DNA of 63,924 nucleotides, counting the filler, from Craspedostauros australis (Eukaryota), in NCBI GenBank assembly GCA_030167865.1. It is 9 parts of 9 records of this genome, joined end to end, with 100 filler letters (N's around TTAATTAATTAA, not from the genome) between each part and the next. Parts side by side here need not be neighbours in the genome. Positions count along the whole stretch, not along the records: positions 32,794 to 40,093 come from JALAGF010002125.1; positions 40,194 to 46,979 come from JALAGF010002127.1; positions 47,080 to 55,146 come from JALAGF010002128.1; 6 more parts are not named here. The stretch is one strand, 5' to 3'. The translations under genes and the position numbers were made by a program. The notes below the pieces were generated by a model. That model did not search any database, was not told the origin of the DNA, and worked only from the letters and a program-made list of their open reading frames with translations. Positions 37,901 to 50,192 of this stretch are shown here, piece after piece. Numbering within the stretch: the stretch's first letter is position 1; each line of letters opens with the position of its first letter.

Positions 37901-40093
37901 ATCAACATCAAACTTCAACTACAAAAGAGCCGACGCAAGTCTTCTCATTGCTCGAAACCGTTTTCTCTCAGTTTGATCAAATCGCCAAAGCCAGGCGAGT
38001 GTTCAAGGTTGAGACTGTTGGGGACTGTTACGTGGCCGCCACCGGTATTCCGGAACCAAAGAAGGATCACGCCACCATCATGGTCCGTTTCGCACATGAT
38101 ATCCTCAAGCGGATGGATGTCCTTGTGAAGGGGTTGGAAATCACGCACGGTCCGGACACAGCCGATCTCTCCCTGCGCATCGGCATGCACTCAGGACCGG
38201 TCACGGCCGGAGTGCTGCGCGGGGAACGTGCACGATTTCAGCTGTTTGGCGACACCATGAACACCGCATCTCGCATCGAAAACACCGGCGAGATTGGCCG
38301 CATCCATGTATCGAGAGAAACGGCGGAATGCGTGCGTCGGTGCGGCAAAGGATACTGGCTGGTGAAACGAGAGGAGAAGGTATACGCCAAAGGCAAGGGC
38401 GATATGCAAACGTGAGTTCGTGCGCTACTACTGTGACTGCCTTGAGTTCGCTCGAGAACTTTGAGGGTGCAGCAGATTACCAGCAACGCACTGTCATATT
38501 CTATCGCACATCGTATATGCTTCTGATACTGATCCTGATACTGAAATTCGCACGTTCATTTCGCCTCCCCATCGCGGGAGACTCTCGCACCCCTTTCCAA
38601 TCTCACCCATTCATCTATCTATCCATCAATCCATCCATCCATCGACACATGCTAAAATTTCACACTGTGCATCGGGATCATCTCTTCTCTCAATCACACT
38701 CTCGCTACATACGTATATCTCTCAGATACTGGATTGCTCGCTCCCTTTCGCGTCCCAAAAACGGTTCCGTGACTGGTAGCTGCAGCAGTGACATGGATGA
38801 TGCCCACGATTCATTGGACAATGCAGAAGACCTTTCCTTGCTCGGCATCCAGCAACGAGTTAAATCCAGCGGCCTGGATGAAAAACAGCTGCGGCTGGTG
38901 GATTGGAATGTGGTGATGCTCACCCAGATCCTGCAACAAGTCGTCGCTCACAGACAAGCAGTCGGCCCCCAAGCACCTGCCATTTCAAGAAAGAAGGCGG
39001 ACGAAGGCTCGCAGATTCAGCCGGCTATATTCATTCCGCTGGATGAAGTCTGCGAGATCGTCCATCTTCCAGAATTCAATCAGAAGGCCGCCCACGGCTC
39101 GGCATCGGCCAAGGGTGCCGCTCCAGCCATCGACCAGAGAGTTGTCGACCAGCTGCGATCCTTCGTGGAGGCCATTGCGGCCATGTACCAGGACAATCCC
39201 TTTCACAACTTCGAGCACGCATCGCACGTGACCATGTCCGTCATCAAGCTGCTTGCCCGCATCGTCGCCCCGTCCGATCTCGACTTCGCCGACAAAGGCA
39301 ACGCAGCAGTCCCTGTTAGCAGCGGCAACAGCATCGCCAGTGGTAAAAGCAGCGCCATCAGCGGCAACATGAGCGCAAAGCACGTGGCTGCATCGCTGCA
39401 CGACCACACCTACGGCATCACGTCGGATCCGCTGACGCAGTTCGCATGCGCATTCTCCGCCATGATTCATGACGTCGATCATCCAGGCGTCCCGAATGCC
39501 CAACTGATCAAGGAAAAGACGCGCGTTGCGGCCATCTACGACAACCGATCCGTTGCCGAACAGAACTCTTTGGTCCTGGCTTGGGATTTGTTCACATCCG
39601 ACCAGTACGCCGACTTCCGCAACTGCCTTTGCGGCAACGAACAAGATCTGCAGCGCTTCCGACAGCTCGTTGTCAACGGAGTCATGGCGACAGACATCGT
39701 GGACAAGGATCTGAAGCAGCTGAGGAACGGCCGCTGGGACAAGGCCTTCTCGGACAACACTTTCGACGAATCCACCAAGGACGCCACCGACCGCAAGGCG
39801 ACCATCGTCATCGAGCACTTGATTCAAGCCTCGGACGTTGCTCACACAATGCAGCACTGGCACGTGTACCGCAAGTGGAACGAGCGCTTCTTCAAGGAAT
39901 GCTACGCGGCCTACCGCAGCGGCAGATCTGAAACGAACCCGGCCGACGGCTGGTACAAAGGAGAGATGGGCTTCTTCGACTTCTACATCATCCCGTTGGC
40001 GAAGAAGCTGAAGGAATGCGGCGTGTTCGGCAAGTCCAGCGATGAATACTTGAACTACGCCATCGCCAACCGCGAGGAATGGGAACGCAGGGG
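34962..40093 (+). CDS. Receptor-type class III nucleotidyl cyclase-phosphodiesterase fusion (GC/PDE); exons 34962-35324, 35684-35722, 36090-36927, 37219-37722, 37928-38411, 38726-gap
   Basis: TM-extracellular-TM, then cyclase VLFADISGFT, KVETVGDCY, LRIGMHSGPV, RFQLFGDTMNTASR, then PDEase FHNFEHA, HDVDHPG, MATD, SDVAH. All five GT-AG introns join in frame. Confidence 0.93.
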
Positions 40094-42350
40094 NNNNNNN
40101 NNNNNNNNNNNNNNNNNNNNNNNNNNNNNNNNNNNNNTTAATTAATTAANNNNNNNNNNNNNNNNNNNNNNNNNNNNNNNNNNNNNNNNNNNNAAACTTA
40201 AAATAGGATCTAACTCAAAAATGTAATGGTTAATTATTTGTATTAGACCTACAGGGATTACGAATATGTGCTTGGTTTGGACAACGGAGACAAAAATCCA
40301 AGAGGTCTATTTCAAAGTGTTGGTCGACTCACTCGAGGGGCTCCTATGTTGCAGCTGCGTTCAAACAAGTAAGCTGCGCAACGGAACGATGCCATTTTGC
40401 CATTGCCGAGGTTGTTGCTTCTGTGCCCCTCCAAGAGGGTGCGAACTTATCGTCCACTCTCGGAACTCTCGATTCCTCTGCCTTTTCAAAATGTCTCTGC
40501 GAAAAGCATCCGGGTTTCATTATCATGGAACCACGACAATAAAGAAATAACAAATATGTACCACATGCCCCAATGAGTTCGTTCGAAACAGATGATTCTG
40601 TGAATTTCTGGTTCAACATGCTTGGAAGGACAACACAACAGTACAACAGCACAAAATGACAAGGAAACACCTGTGTGTTGCCAGTTTCTTGCCACTTTCT
40701 ACTCTATTGACAAAATAGTATCAAATTCGACAACACAAACATAAAATAACTTCGACCCGTTTCCGCTTTTGTTCGGATTGCTCCGGGTTTCGTTGAATAT
40801 GCATTAAATAAGCACGAAGCAAGACTTAACTAAGGACCCAATGACCCATGCAAGAACACAACGCTTGACAGCTGCGGCGCTTCGTTGTGGCCTCTCATTG
40901 GCGAATGGTTGCGCGCAATCCTGTCACTTGTGCATCTGTAGCACCTGCACCGAATCCTTGCACCAATCGATTCTAATTCGGAGACAGCCGCGACGTTCCG
41001 TGTAGAAGTTGCGTAGTGAGAAGTACAATATGTCGAAACGTGACGTATGCAAACGTGTGTAGAGTAGACGTCGTCGAAGAGTTGTATGTCTGGTTTCCAC
41101 GATAGCTGCCGAACCACCACGCACCCATCCACTCCCCAAAGTTATTTCAGTTCTCGCATCTCGGCGCCGTCGACAACGGGGACTCCTTTTTGGCTGTCGA
41201 TGGTCAGGTACACATGGAGTAGGAGAAAGAGAGAGAGAGAGAGTGGCACCGGGAGAAAAGGGACGACAAAGATCACGAAGGAGTTGAAGAGGCACGCTTT
41301 TGGCTTCCCCATGTTGCAGAGCGCGGAATCTTGTCCCGGCCACCACTGATACATGTACCAGTACGCTGCGCCTGCCAAAGGCTTGTTGCGCGGAATGAAA
41401 CAAGCCATTTGCACCACTGCCACAAGTGCCAATACGCAACACCTCGGGCCCGCCTCTTGTCCCTTCTCTTCACAAACATCAGCTTGCATTATCACAGCAC
41501 CATCGCCTGGCCGCACCCACCAAAGACTTGGAGCCTCCGTTGCTACACTGCCATTGACCACAGCGCGAGCAACGAGGTGCGAAGCACAATTGGAATAACG
41601 CAAGTGAGCAGAATAGAAGACCGGCGTACTTGCATAGAGTACGAGGACTCACAATACGAGCAGGTACGTGATGGTGTGCACTTCCGACGTACCGATGGCA
41701 GCGGGCCGCTTTCGAGCCGCAGTTCAGCTTCATTTATCCTTGCAGCGACGTTTCGGAGATCGGTTGCCGTCAACGTTGGCGTTTGGGTCGATGGGTGCTA
41801 CCAAGGTTGGTTCAAGAGTGACGGCGTTGCTGCTGCATTTGACGCCGTACGGGCATGTTTTCGTGTCTGGAGTTCATCTTGTCACGAGCCTGGCTAGATG
41901 CAACAGCTCGTGGGCGAGCAAGGAGCAAGGAGCAAGCTGGTTGGGGAGTGCCATACAAGCAACCATGCAGCAACGATGTGGACGATGCATACGATCTAAA
42001 CGAGAGACATCTCTGCAAGAAGGCGCTCAGCCATCAAAGAGAGTGGCTATAGCAAAAATGCCATGCTCTGCCGATGCATGTGGAACTGGAATGGAGAGAA
42101 TGATCATTCTTATGGCCAGTATCTCATCTTGGTGCTGTATGAGGAATAGCGAGCGCTTTATCAGATGCTGCATGGTTGAAATGATACCCTCGTATCACAT
42201 TCACTGACCCTCGCATTTTCCTGCACTCCTGAATGTCTCTCACCGCGATACCGATGGTCCTGTTTGATCTATTTTGCACGTATCGTGATCGTCTCAAAGA
42301 CTACAACAGGGTGATACCGTGTAGAGCATCCCGCTCCCCTGTGCGCCATC

Positions 42351-42932
42351 ATGAGCAAGGAGACCCACGCCATCAGTGGTCCGTGCGGAAGCATCGCCAA
42401 CATCGACGAGGACGCTCATTCGAATCGACGAGTGGATCATCTTGATGCGCAAAGGCGATCGCAAGGAGCGACAGAGTCGCAATCCCCGCGAACGGCAACG
42501 GCGCTGTCAACTGCGCCGCAAGTTGGTCGGAATGGTGGCAGGACAATCCATGCCAGGGCATCTCTGCCGGAATCGCTGTTGCAGCAGTATCAAGCGCACG
42601 AGGACGTTGCCAGTGCGGAGAATGCTCGCATTTCCGATCGGCGCCGTGATGGCGATCAGGATGGGCTCATGGAAATCCCTCCTTCATCAATCCCGTCTCG
42701 TGCTCAGAGCCACATGCTGTATCAAACCAACACACCACTGCTCCATCCATTGATCCTCCAGGCCGATGGCGACATGCATGAGCTCGGCGCCCATCTCAAC
42801 CTCAGCCAAGACCGATCCACGAGGACGGATGAAGACCCGCAGCAAGTTTGCTCCACGAGTGTCAGAGATATCATCAACGACGTCCTGAAAATGCTCGATG
42901 AAGACCAAGACCAGTGGAGATTTGATGCCTGA
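42351..42932 (+). CDS. Hypothetical protein (193 aa)
   Basis: Open frame with protein-like composition ending in a helical VRDIINDVLKMLDE; no recognised domain. Confidence 0.4.
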   Translation: MSKETHAISGPCGSIANIDEDAHSNRRVDHLDAQRRSQGATESQSPRTATALSTAPQVGRNGGRTIHARASLPESLLQQYQAHEDVASAENARISDRRRDGDQDGLMEIPPSSIPSRAQSHMLYQTNTPLLHPLILQADGDMHELGAHLNLSQDRSTRTDEDPQQVCSTSVRDIINDVLKMLDEDQDQWRFDA

Positions 42933-45900
42933 GTCATCCTCGTCGACCTTGCGCTTGATCCAACACAAGAATCCTTCGTGCTGATACGGCCATCTGTTCA
43001 AGACCAATTCCCAATCCCAGCACCTTGATCTGCAGTATTTTCATTTCGATGAAGCCAAATGGCGAATGGAGAATGAGTAATCTCGTCGATTGCGTGTTCC
43101 GATGGGATCGGCCTCCCATGGAGTCCCCATGAAAGTAGCGACGTTATCCACCACGGTGATGGTTGGCACCAAGAAGCGCACATCCGCGCATTTGGATGAC
43201 GATTGACACGCAGCGAATGCCAAGTGCCCAATGAAGCCGATGCCACAGGAGGAGCTCTCGGAAGTCTCCGATGAGTGTGGTGGTGACGAGAGTGGTGGTC
43301 GTCATTGTTAGTGCGGTGATACAGTATGTAGAGTAATACCAACGATAGCATGGCGTCAGTAGCATCCCCAAGTGTGCGAGATGCACACCATCCTAGCTGA
43401 CTGATCAACGTTGATACTGCCATCGACGGTGGACGGTTGGTCGATTTTCGACAGCGGTTGCTCGAGGAAGTTCATCGCAACTTTCATGTCAATATCTATG
43501 TCCGTGTTCGTGATTTTGCTTGTGTTGGTGTCGGTGTCTGCTTGTGCCGATCCGATCGAAACGCATACACAGATGAGCCTCGCGCAAGTCCATGTTCCGT
43601 CATTCTGGCTGCCAATTCCCATCATTCGAGCGGCTGCAAACTGCGGAAGCGATGGCGGGAAGGACAATGGCCACAACCCGAAGCAGCATCAATTCGGATA
43701 TGGTGTCAGCGGATAAACAAATGCTGAGGAACAGCGAGAGGTGACGACCGGTATGAATTGGGAGTGCAAGATGCATTGCAGATCAGCACATCTGCTGTGA
43801 TAGAACACAAAGCACGGAAGTGTTAACATCCCGTCATACGCGTACTCGTGTGGAAGACGAGTGGCGAAGGGCATAACGTATCAACGTCCCTACGAGTACT
43901 CTTGTGGTACATACCATTCTTAGCTCGTACGAGTGTGGACATCCATAGCTTGTACTATACGAGCACAAGTGCGTTCGATAGAACACGAGAACGAGAGGCA
44001 GGATTTTTTATCAAGGCAGGCCACGAGGAACATTGTGCGGTTTTCCATTGTGTGAGAGCGTCATTCACAGATAAAACGCAGTGGACGGGGATCCCAATAT
44101 GTACGCTTGTGATCTTATCGATGCTGGTATAATAGTTCCGAGCTTCATGTCGGTCCTACCCAGCGCGTGGGTAAGAAGGCTGCACCTTGTGTCAGATTAT
44201 GGGTAAAGTTCTCTCTGTGTTTCATTTGTCTCTCCCGTGCCAGCCTCATGCGTTCGCCAACGCGTCCGAAGGGCTTCTGGCTTCACAGGCCACGTCAGCG
44301 GACCCAGAAATTTTTGTCTTCTGCCAACCAAACAGGAGAAAAACAGATGGCTTGCACTTCCTGTCACAAAATGGAGCCTTGATGATCCAAAACAAGAACT
44401 GCAAGTCACCACGGAAGGAGCACAAAACGCATCAAGAGGCGGCAGGCGGCCAGCCGCAACACAAGGGGGAACAAGACGACGACAACAACAACAACAGATC
44501 TCACGAAAGCTGAGAGCACAAAATGTCCTGAGCACACTTCCCGCATCCGTGATCGTGCATTCAACGTTCTATGAGCCAAAAAATGCTGACGATGTTGTGT
44601 GATATTGGAGGCTGTGGTTGGTGGATGCTTGCTTTTGCGTATTGCCGTTCTGCCAACCTCTGCTTCGCCTTGAGACATACTCGTAGTGATCATCTCTGAT
44701 AAAGAGGCGTAGTGCAGTGCACGTTGAGTCAGGACATTCATACATACTGCTACTTATCTGAGAGTGAAGATGGATAGTAAGTGCGCGGCAGATCCCGAAT
44801 GTTGTGCAGAGGATGCTGAATGATGCGCTTGCTGGGGGGTACGGATGGGTGGCTCATAGGAGACGACTCTTCGCTGCTATCGGAACTAGGTGTGCAACAG
44901 TGCTGGTGCATTGCCGTGGTTGGATCATTCTTGGCTTGTTGCTTCCGTGGCCATTCATCGTCGTAGTTCACTTTTGCTGATCCTGAAGAATTGGATGATT
45001 GTGGCTGACGGGGGCCGATGGCTTCGACTGGGAATGCACAAGTCATGACGACGGCGCTACGAACGTTGGCCGGGCTACTCTTCTCTTCTCTTCTCTCAAT
45101 CGCCGCAGTGTGGTACATCCATCTCTTGCCCATCACAAGATGTAGCTGCACCTGTCAGGATGGCCATCGGCGGAGACACACGACGATCAATTCTCAAGAC
45201 CTCCAACGGCATGACGATGAATTCACCATGGTGGCTCCAAAACGGCACCGACACAGCATATCAGCACAACCAACTATCAGACAATGCCACCGCCAACATG
45301 GGCACTGGCATGAGCATGCATCTCAACGACAACGTGAACGTGAACGCCAACATCAAGAGGATCACCAACTGATGAAGGTATCCATCCATCCATCCATCCA
45401 TCCACCCCCACATACTCTCGCATCAGCAGTAGCAGCGGCAGCAACCCAAAAGGTGAAGATTCAGGACATACATTGATTCTCAGTGTGGTATGAGCCACAT
45501 ACCGTCACTCACAACTCGGATCGAACACAAAGGAACCGGACGATCCAACCGTTCTGTGCATTCGCATGTGCGAGATCATCGATGAATTCAGGATGTGAGC
45601 TGTCGAATGCCCGGTGGCACCCACGGCCATAACAACAAGCAGGTAGATCACGACTGCCACGAGTATCACCTGGAGCATTTGAGACCACCCACAGCATCGG
45701 AATCCTCTTCTTGAAAGCTAGTATACATCTCCATGCTCACAAGCATCGTCATCGCCACTCTTGAATCCAAGAGTGCACGAGTTACGTGCATCCCGCCAAT
45801 GGAGCACGATTGGCCCGCTATCGTGCGATGCGATCCTCTGTGGTCGAGGGGCTCTCTAGAGCATGATCCAACGCAGCAAATAGCCATCGCATTCGCAATG

Positions 45901-45960
45901 ATGCACATTCGTCTGCACGCTCTACCTGCGATCAAGAGAGGGAGAGGGAGAGAGAGAAGT

Positions 45961-46023
45961 GCATCCACCGCAACGCATCCACCGCAACGCATCCACCGCA
46001 ACGCATCCACCGCAACGCATCCA
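45961..46023. repeat. 14-bp minisatellite (GCATCCACCGCAAC)x4.5
   Basis: Perfect tandem copies. Confidence 0.9.
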
Positions 46024-48080
46024 GCCACCCTCACACGTCGCACGTTAGCTGTGCGTGGTCGTTGGTTTGATACTCATCATAATCTATCATGCTAATGTAT
46101 TGCGCAATATTACTGTCTATTCTCTTGCACTCTGTTAGTTGTTGCTTTCTTGCGGGTGGAATATGGGCTGGACCTCATTGTGTACAGTATGCAGTAGGCC
46201 GTACTCTATCAACTCCACGAGTAGACAAGAGGAGTATGAGTACTCTGCCGTGACTGACTTGGTTGGTTGTCGTGTTTGGGTCTGTCCGACAAGAAGCGAG
46301 AGTCTATGAGTCTATTGTTCGACATTGTCATGTCATTCGCGATGATGTCATGATAGGCCTTTGAAAGAAGTCGAATGGTTCGAAGAAATGAGGCCGCGCC
46401 AGAAGGACAATCCAGACACAAAACCAGATGCCCAGTCGACCATCTGGAATTTGGTGACGCACACGCGCAGATGTTGGAGTCAACCATCACCACGCAGGGG
46501 CTGGCTTGTTGATCTGCCCACAGCGCAGAGAGATGGATGTGTGGATGAGTGGATGAGTGGGCGGCTGCATTGATGATGGCAGGGTGCATGAATGAAAGAA
46601 TGAATAATGGACGCGGCCCAGGGAGAATGACCTCCCACAGAGGATGAAAGATACGCGGCGCAGAGTCCGAGTTGAACAAAGATGGAGCAAAGTGGTGCGC
46701 ACTCGATGGTTCGTTACGGCATGGGGAACGCACGCAGGGGCAGGTGTACGTACCATCTATCCCTTGTCATTCCGCGGCGCGATGGGATTTATTGCGGTGG
46801 CCCATGTGCTCGGAGGTCATTGCAATGGATTGGATCAGTTTACGACCCACTCCACTCCACTATACTGCACTATACTGCACTATACTGCACTCTGCTTGAG
46901 TACGAATATGCCGTGATCCGTTTGGGTGGCGCAACAGACGATCTTGGATGTTGAGGATGGATGGGCATGGGAAGAGGAGNNNNNNNNNNNNNNNNNNNNN
47001 NNNNNNNNNNNNNNNNNNNNNNNTTAATTAATTAANNNNNNNNNNNNNNNNNNNNNNNNNNNNNNNNNNNNNNNNNNNNTATACGATCTCCAGCGCAACT
47101 ATGGCCAATCGAACATTGGCCTCTACATTGCGCACGTGACACATGCTAAAATGCGCGCACATGGCGTGGAAATTTTGCGCGGCGCAGTTGCACATGCTCA
47201 GCGATGCGGAAGATCCAAAGAAGAGCGGTGNNNNNNNNNNNNNNNNNNACTCCTCAGTGTGAAACAGTCGACTCTGCTCTATTCTGGACTGCTATTGTGT
47301 GCTGCTGCTAACCAAGGGATCATTGCTCTCCCAAACAGGCAGGGTGCAACGATACACATGCATCCAAGTTGTTGTTGCCAAGACGGTTGCTGGTGTACGG
47401 TATTCCGAAGTAGAACTAAAACGCTATTGCAGAACTTATCAACCATAATCAACTACAATGCAATACGATGAACGAAGTCGCGATGGATGATAACAGGATA
47501 CAAGGAACTGATCATAGCATGTGAAGAACACATTGGTTGGCACCACAATGTTGTGTGATCATTTCAACCGCGTGTTACCACATGTTGGGGCACAAAGAAA
47601 TTCGCCACGATACATCGTGGTGATTGGCATTCGTGAATGGGAACAACGAGTGCCTGCTCCAAAGAAACAAACAGATCTCGACAACTACCCAACCAATCGC
47701 CACCAAAGTTGGAGCGTGTGATGAAAAGCCACACATGATAGTGCTCACCAAAGGAGAGCTCAAACAAACGGAGCGGCATGGACTTGCCGAGGAGGTTTGT
47801 GTCAAAAATGGTGGTTTTGGGGCCGGTTTGCGTGGGACTGACGTACAAAATGTACCAGCGTCTACAGAGAAACTGACTCATACGACTAGTTACCGATTGT
47901 TACCAATGGTTACCAAAAAATTGGCCTCCACCCAAGCCACGAGACACTAGGTACAGTACTCCACCGTACTCCAACAATAAGCAATCTCACCATTGGTACT
48001 ACTACTCTGGAGAACCATTATCACACATTTTAACATGTACAAACCAACTCCGCAACAGTAGTGCTAGTCATTCCCTGTCT

Positions 48081-50192
48081 CTATAGTTCATCATGATCGT
48101 CTTCCGCTTCATCCCGCCACTCGCCATCGGGAAAGATGTCATCCGGAATTCCGATGTAATGCCGGAACGCACGCGGATGGAATTGATCGCCCGTGCCTGG
48201 CTTATCCACGAAGATGACGGCCTGATGCGGGACGTTGCGCACGAGGGTGACGCTGGTGGGATCGTCGGGACTTTCGAAGATGACGTCGTACTCATAGACA
48301 TGCTCTTCCGACACTCTGCGCGTTTGGATGGCGCATTGGAAGAGGTTGTCGCTGTCAAAGGGCGTGGTCGTGGCCGTGCCGTTGACCCAGAGGCGGACCT
48401 TCTGTCCCAGATCGTTCACCAGTGGCTCGTCCAACGGCTTCTTGACGATCATGAAGCACTTAACAAGGACGTTGTCGGGATACGTCTCTTCGTCGGATGC
48501 CGTGTAGATGGGCTTGACGCCATCGCGATGCGCCTCCATGAGATCCGCCGCGCGCGTTGGCCATTGCGTGGGAATATCCCCGGATTCTTGCGACTCCTTC
48601 CATTCCTGCACGTGTTCATCCCAGGCAGCCTGCCATTCTTCGCCGTAATCGATGAAGATCTCCTCGCCTTGCTCGATCGGTCGCAACGCCACGACCTCCA
48701 TCATGAGTCCCAGGTAGAGATTGTCCTCTTCGAGCAGCTGCTCCGCCGTCAGATCGAACCAGTGCTGATGATGGTTGGGATGATCGGACCATACCAGCTT
48801 GGCGTTGGGCGCGTCCTTGGAATGATTGATGAGCGCCGCGCTGGATCCGACCGGCAAAAAGACCATGGACGACTCGGGATGTCCGTAGCAGTAATTGATG
48901 AGAAGCTGCGTGCCCGTGACGGTGTTGTCCTGCGTGCGCACCCATTCATCTTCATCCGTATCGGTGGCCTTGACGAGCTCATACATCTCCAACACATCCT
49001 CCGTGGCGATGTGCACCAGCGGAACCGGCGCCACCATGTCACCCGCCTCTATCGCGCGTACGGCAAATGCACCACGTCCCGCGTTGGGAATGGTGGAAGG
49101 TCCCGGACGGATCTTATCCATGCAGCGGCCGAACTTTTGCAACCATTCCACGGAACGCACGGCCGCTGGTTGGGACCAGGCCAAGGAACCTCCCGCATCC
49201 GGCACGCGGCGCAATTCCTCCAACGTCGAGGGCAAGAGATCGCGAATGAGATTTCCCTTCTGCTTGCCGGCCGCCGCGGACATGACGTCGATCATGAGGA
49301 AGTTGAAGATGTCCGCCACGGCCGCATCTTCCAATTCGCCTTCGTGCTTGTCAAAGAAAGCGAGGATCTTGGTGATGGTCTTGTCGACCTTGTCATGATC
49401 CTCGGTGGTCAACCGGTTGCTGTCTTCATCATCATCATTGCTGTTATCGTCATCTTCCCAGTTGTCGCCGTAATTGACAAAGATCTCCATGCCGGGCTGA
49501 ATCTCTGACTTGGCCATCATGGTGGCCTCGTAAAAGGAGGAGTACCCGCCGCGTCCCGGATGCGCCACGCCGGCTGGTTCGTTCCACTGCGGCTTCCAGT
49601 AGGCCGATCCATGATGCCAATCGGCGTTGGAAAGCTTTGGGTGCATCGATGCCAAGACGCCGACGCCTGGCACGGCCGTGACCGCAGTGCCCTCCTCCGG
49701 CGCCAGCTCGTACTGACCGCCGGAACTGTTCGGAATCCAGACGAATTGCTCGACAAAGTCGACGGTGCGTTCCAGGAATCCCTGGTAGTTCTGCTCCGCG
49801 GCGGTTTCGTGGTCCATCTTGAGCTGGTTGCCGATGAAGTTGAAGATGTTGATGGCGACGTCGCCATAGAGGATGGGGTCGCCCTTATGCAGCGCCTTGG
49901 TGGTGTAGACGCCCCATCGTGGTTCTTCCGGCGTCGATGTGGATGACACAGCGAGGTAGTATCCGCATTGCGCTTGGTCATCTGCTGGCTGCTCTTGCTG
50001 CTGGCGTTGTTCGCTGCCGTCATCATTGGGTTCTGGGGCATCTGGTTCCACCGTCTCTGCGCCGACAAGGCATGCTGACACCGACTTTGTGAGCAGGACG
50101 CTGCTTGGAACGGCGATGGCCGACAGCAAGGCCACCACCAACGACCAGCGCAGCATGCGAGCTGCGAAAGTGGATGATCTGGATCTCATCAT
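48081..50192 (-). CDS. Tandem SET-domain protein with signal peptide and C-terminal HDEL
   Basis: SET1: GVYTTKALHKGD..IQPGMEIFVNYG. SET2: STIPNAGRGAFA..LINHS..PN..ALRPIEQGEEIFIDYG. Hydrophobic N-terminus; ends HDEL-stop. Confidence 0.85.
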   Translation of the reverse strand: MMRSRSSTFAARMLRWSLVVALLSAIAVPSSVLLTKSVSACLVGAETVEPDAPEPNDDGSEQRQQQEQPADDQAQCGYYLAVSSTSTPEEPRWGVYTTKALHKGDPILYGDVAINIFNFIGNQLKMDHETAAEQNYQGFLERTVDFVEQFVWIPNSSGGQYELAPEEGTAVTAVPGVGVLASMHPKLSNADWHHGSAYWKPQWNEPAGVAHPGRGGYSSFYEATMMAKSEIQPGMEIFVNYGDNWEDDDNSNDDDEDSNRLTTEDHDKVDKTITKILAFFDKHEGELEDAAVADIFNFLMIDVMSAAAGKQKGNLIRDLLPSTLEELRRVPDAGGSLAWSQPAAVRSVEWLQKFGRCMDKIRPGPSTIPNAGRGAFAVRAIEAGDMVAPVPLVHIATEDVLEMYELVKATDTDEDEWVRTQDNTVTGTQLLINYCYGHPESSMVFLPVGSSAALINHSKDAPNAKLVWSDHPNHHQHWFDLTAEQLLEEDNLYLGLMMEVVALRPIEQGEEIFIDYGEEWQAAWDEHVQEWKESQESGDIPTQWPTRAADLMEAHRDGVKPIYTASDEETYPDNVLVKCFMIVKKPLDEPLVNDLGQKVRLWVNGTATTTPFDSDNLFQCAIQTRRVSEEHVYEYDVIFESPDDPTSVTLVRNVPHQAVIFVDKPGTGDQFHPRAFRHYIGIPDDIFPDGEWRDEAEDDHDEL

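Noticed and set aside
43300..46900. Short ORFs with hydrophobic starts (43411-43716, 45018-45476)
   Set aside because: No recognisable domain or consistent exon chain could be built by eye.
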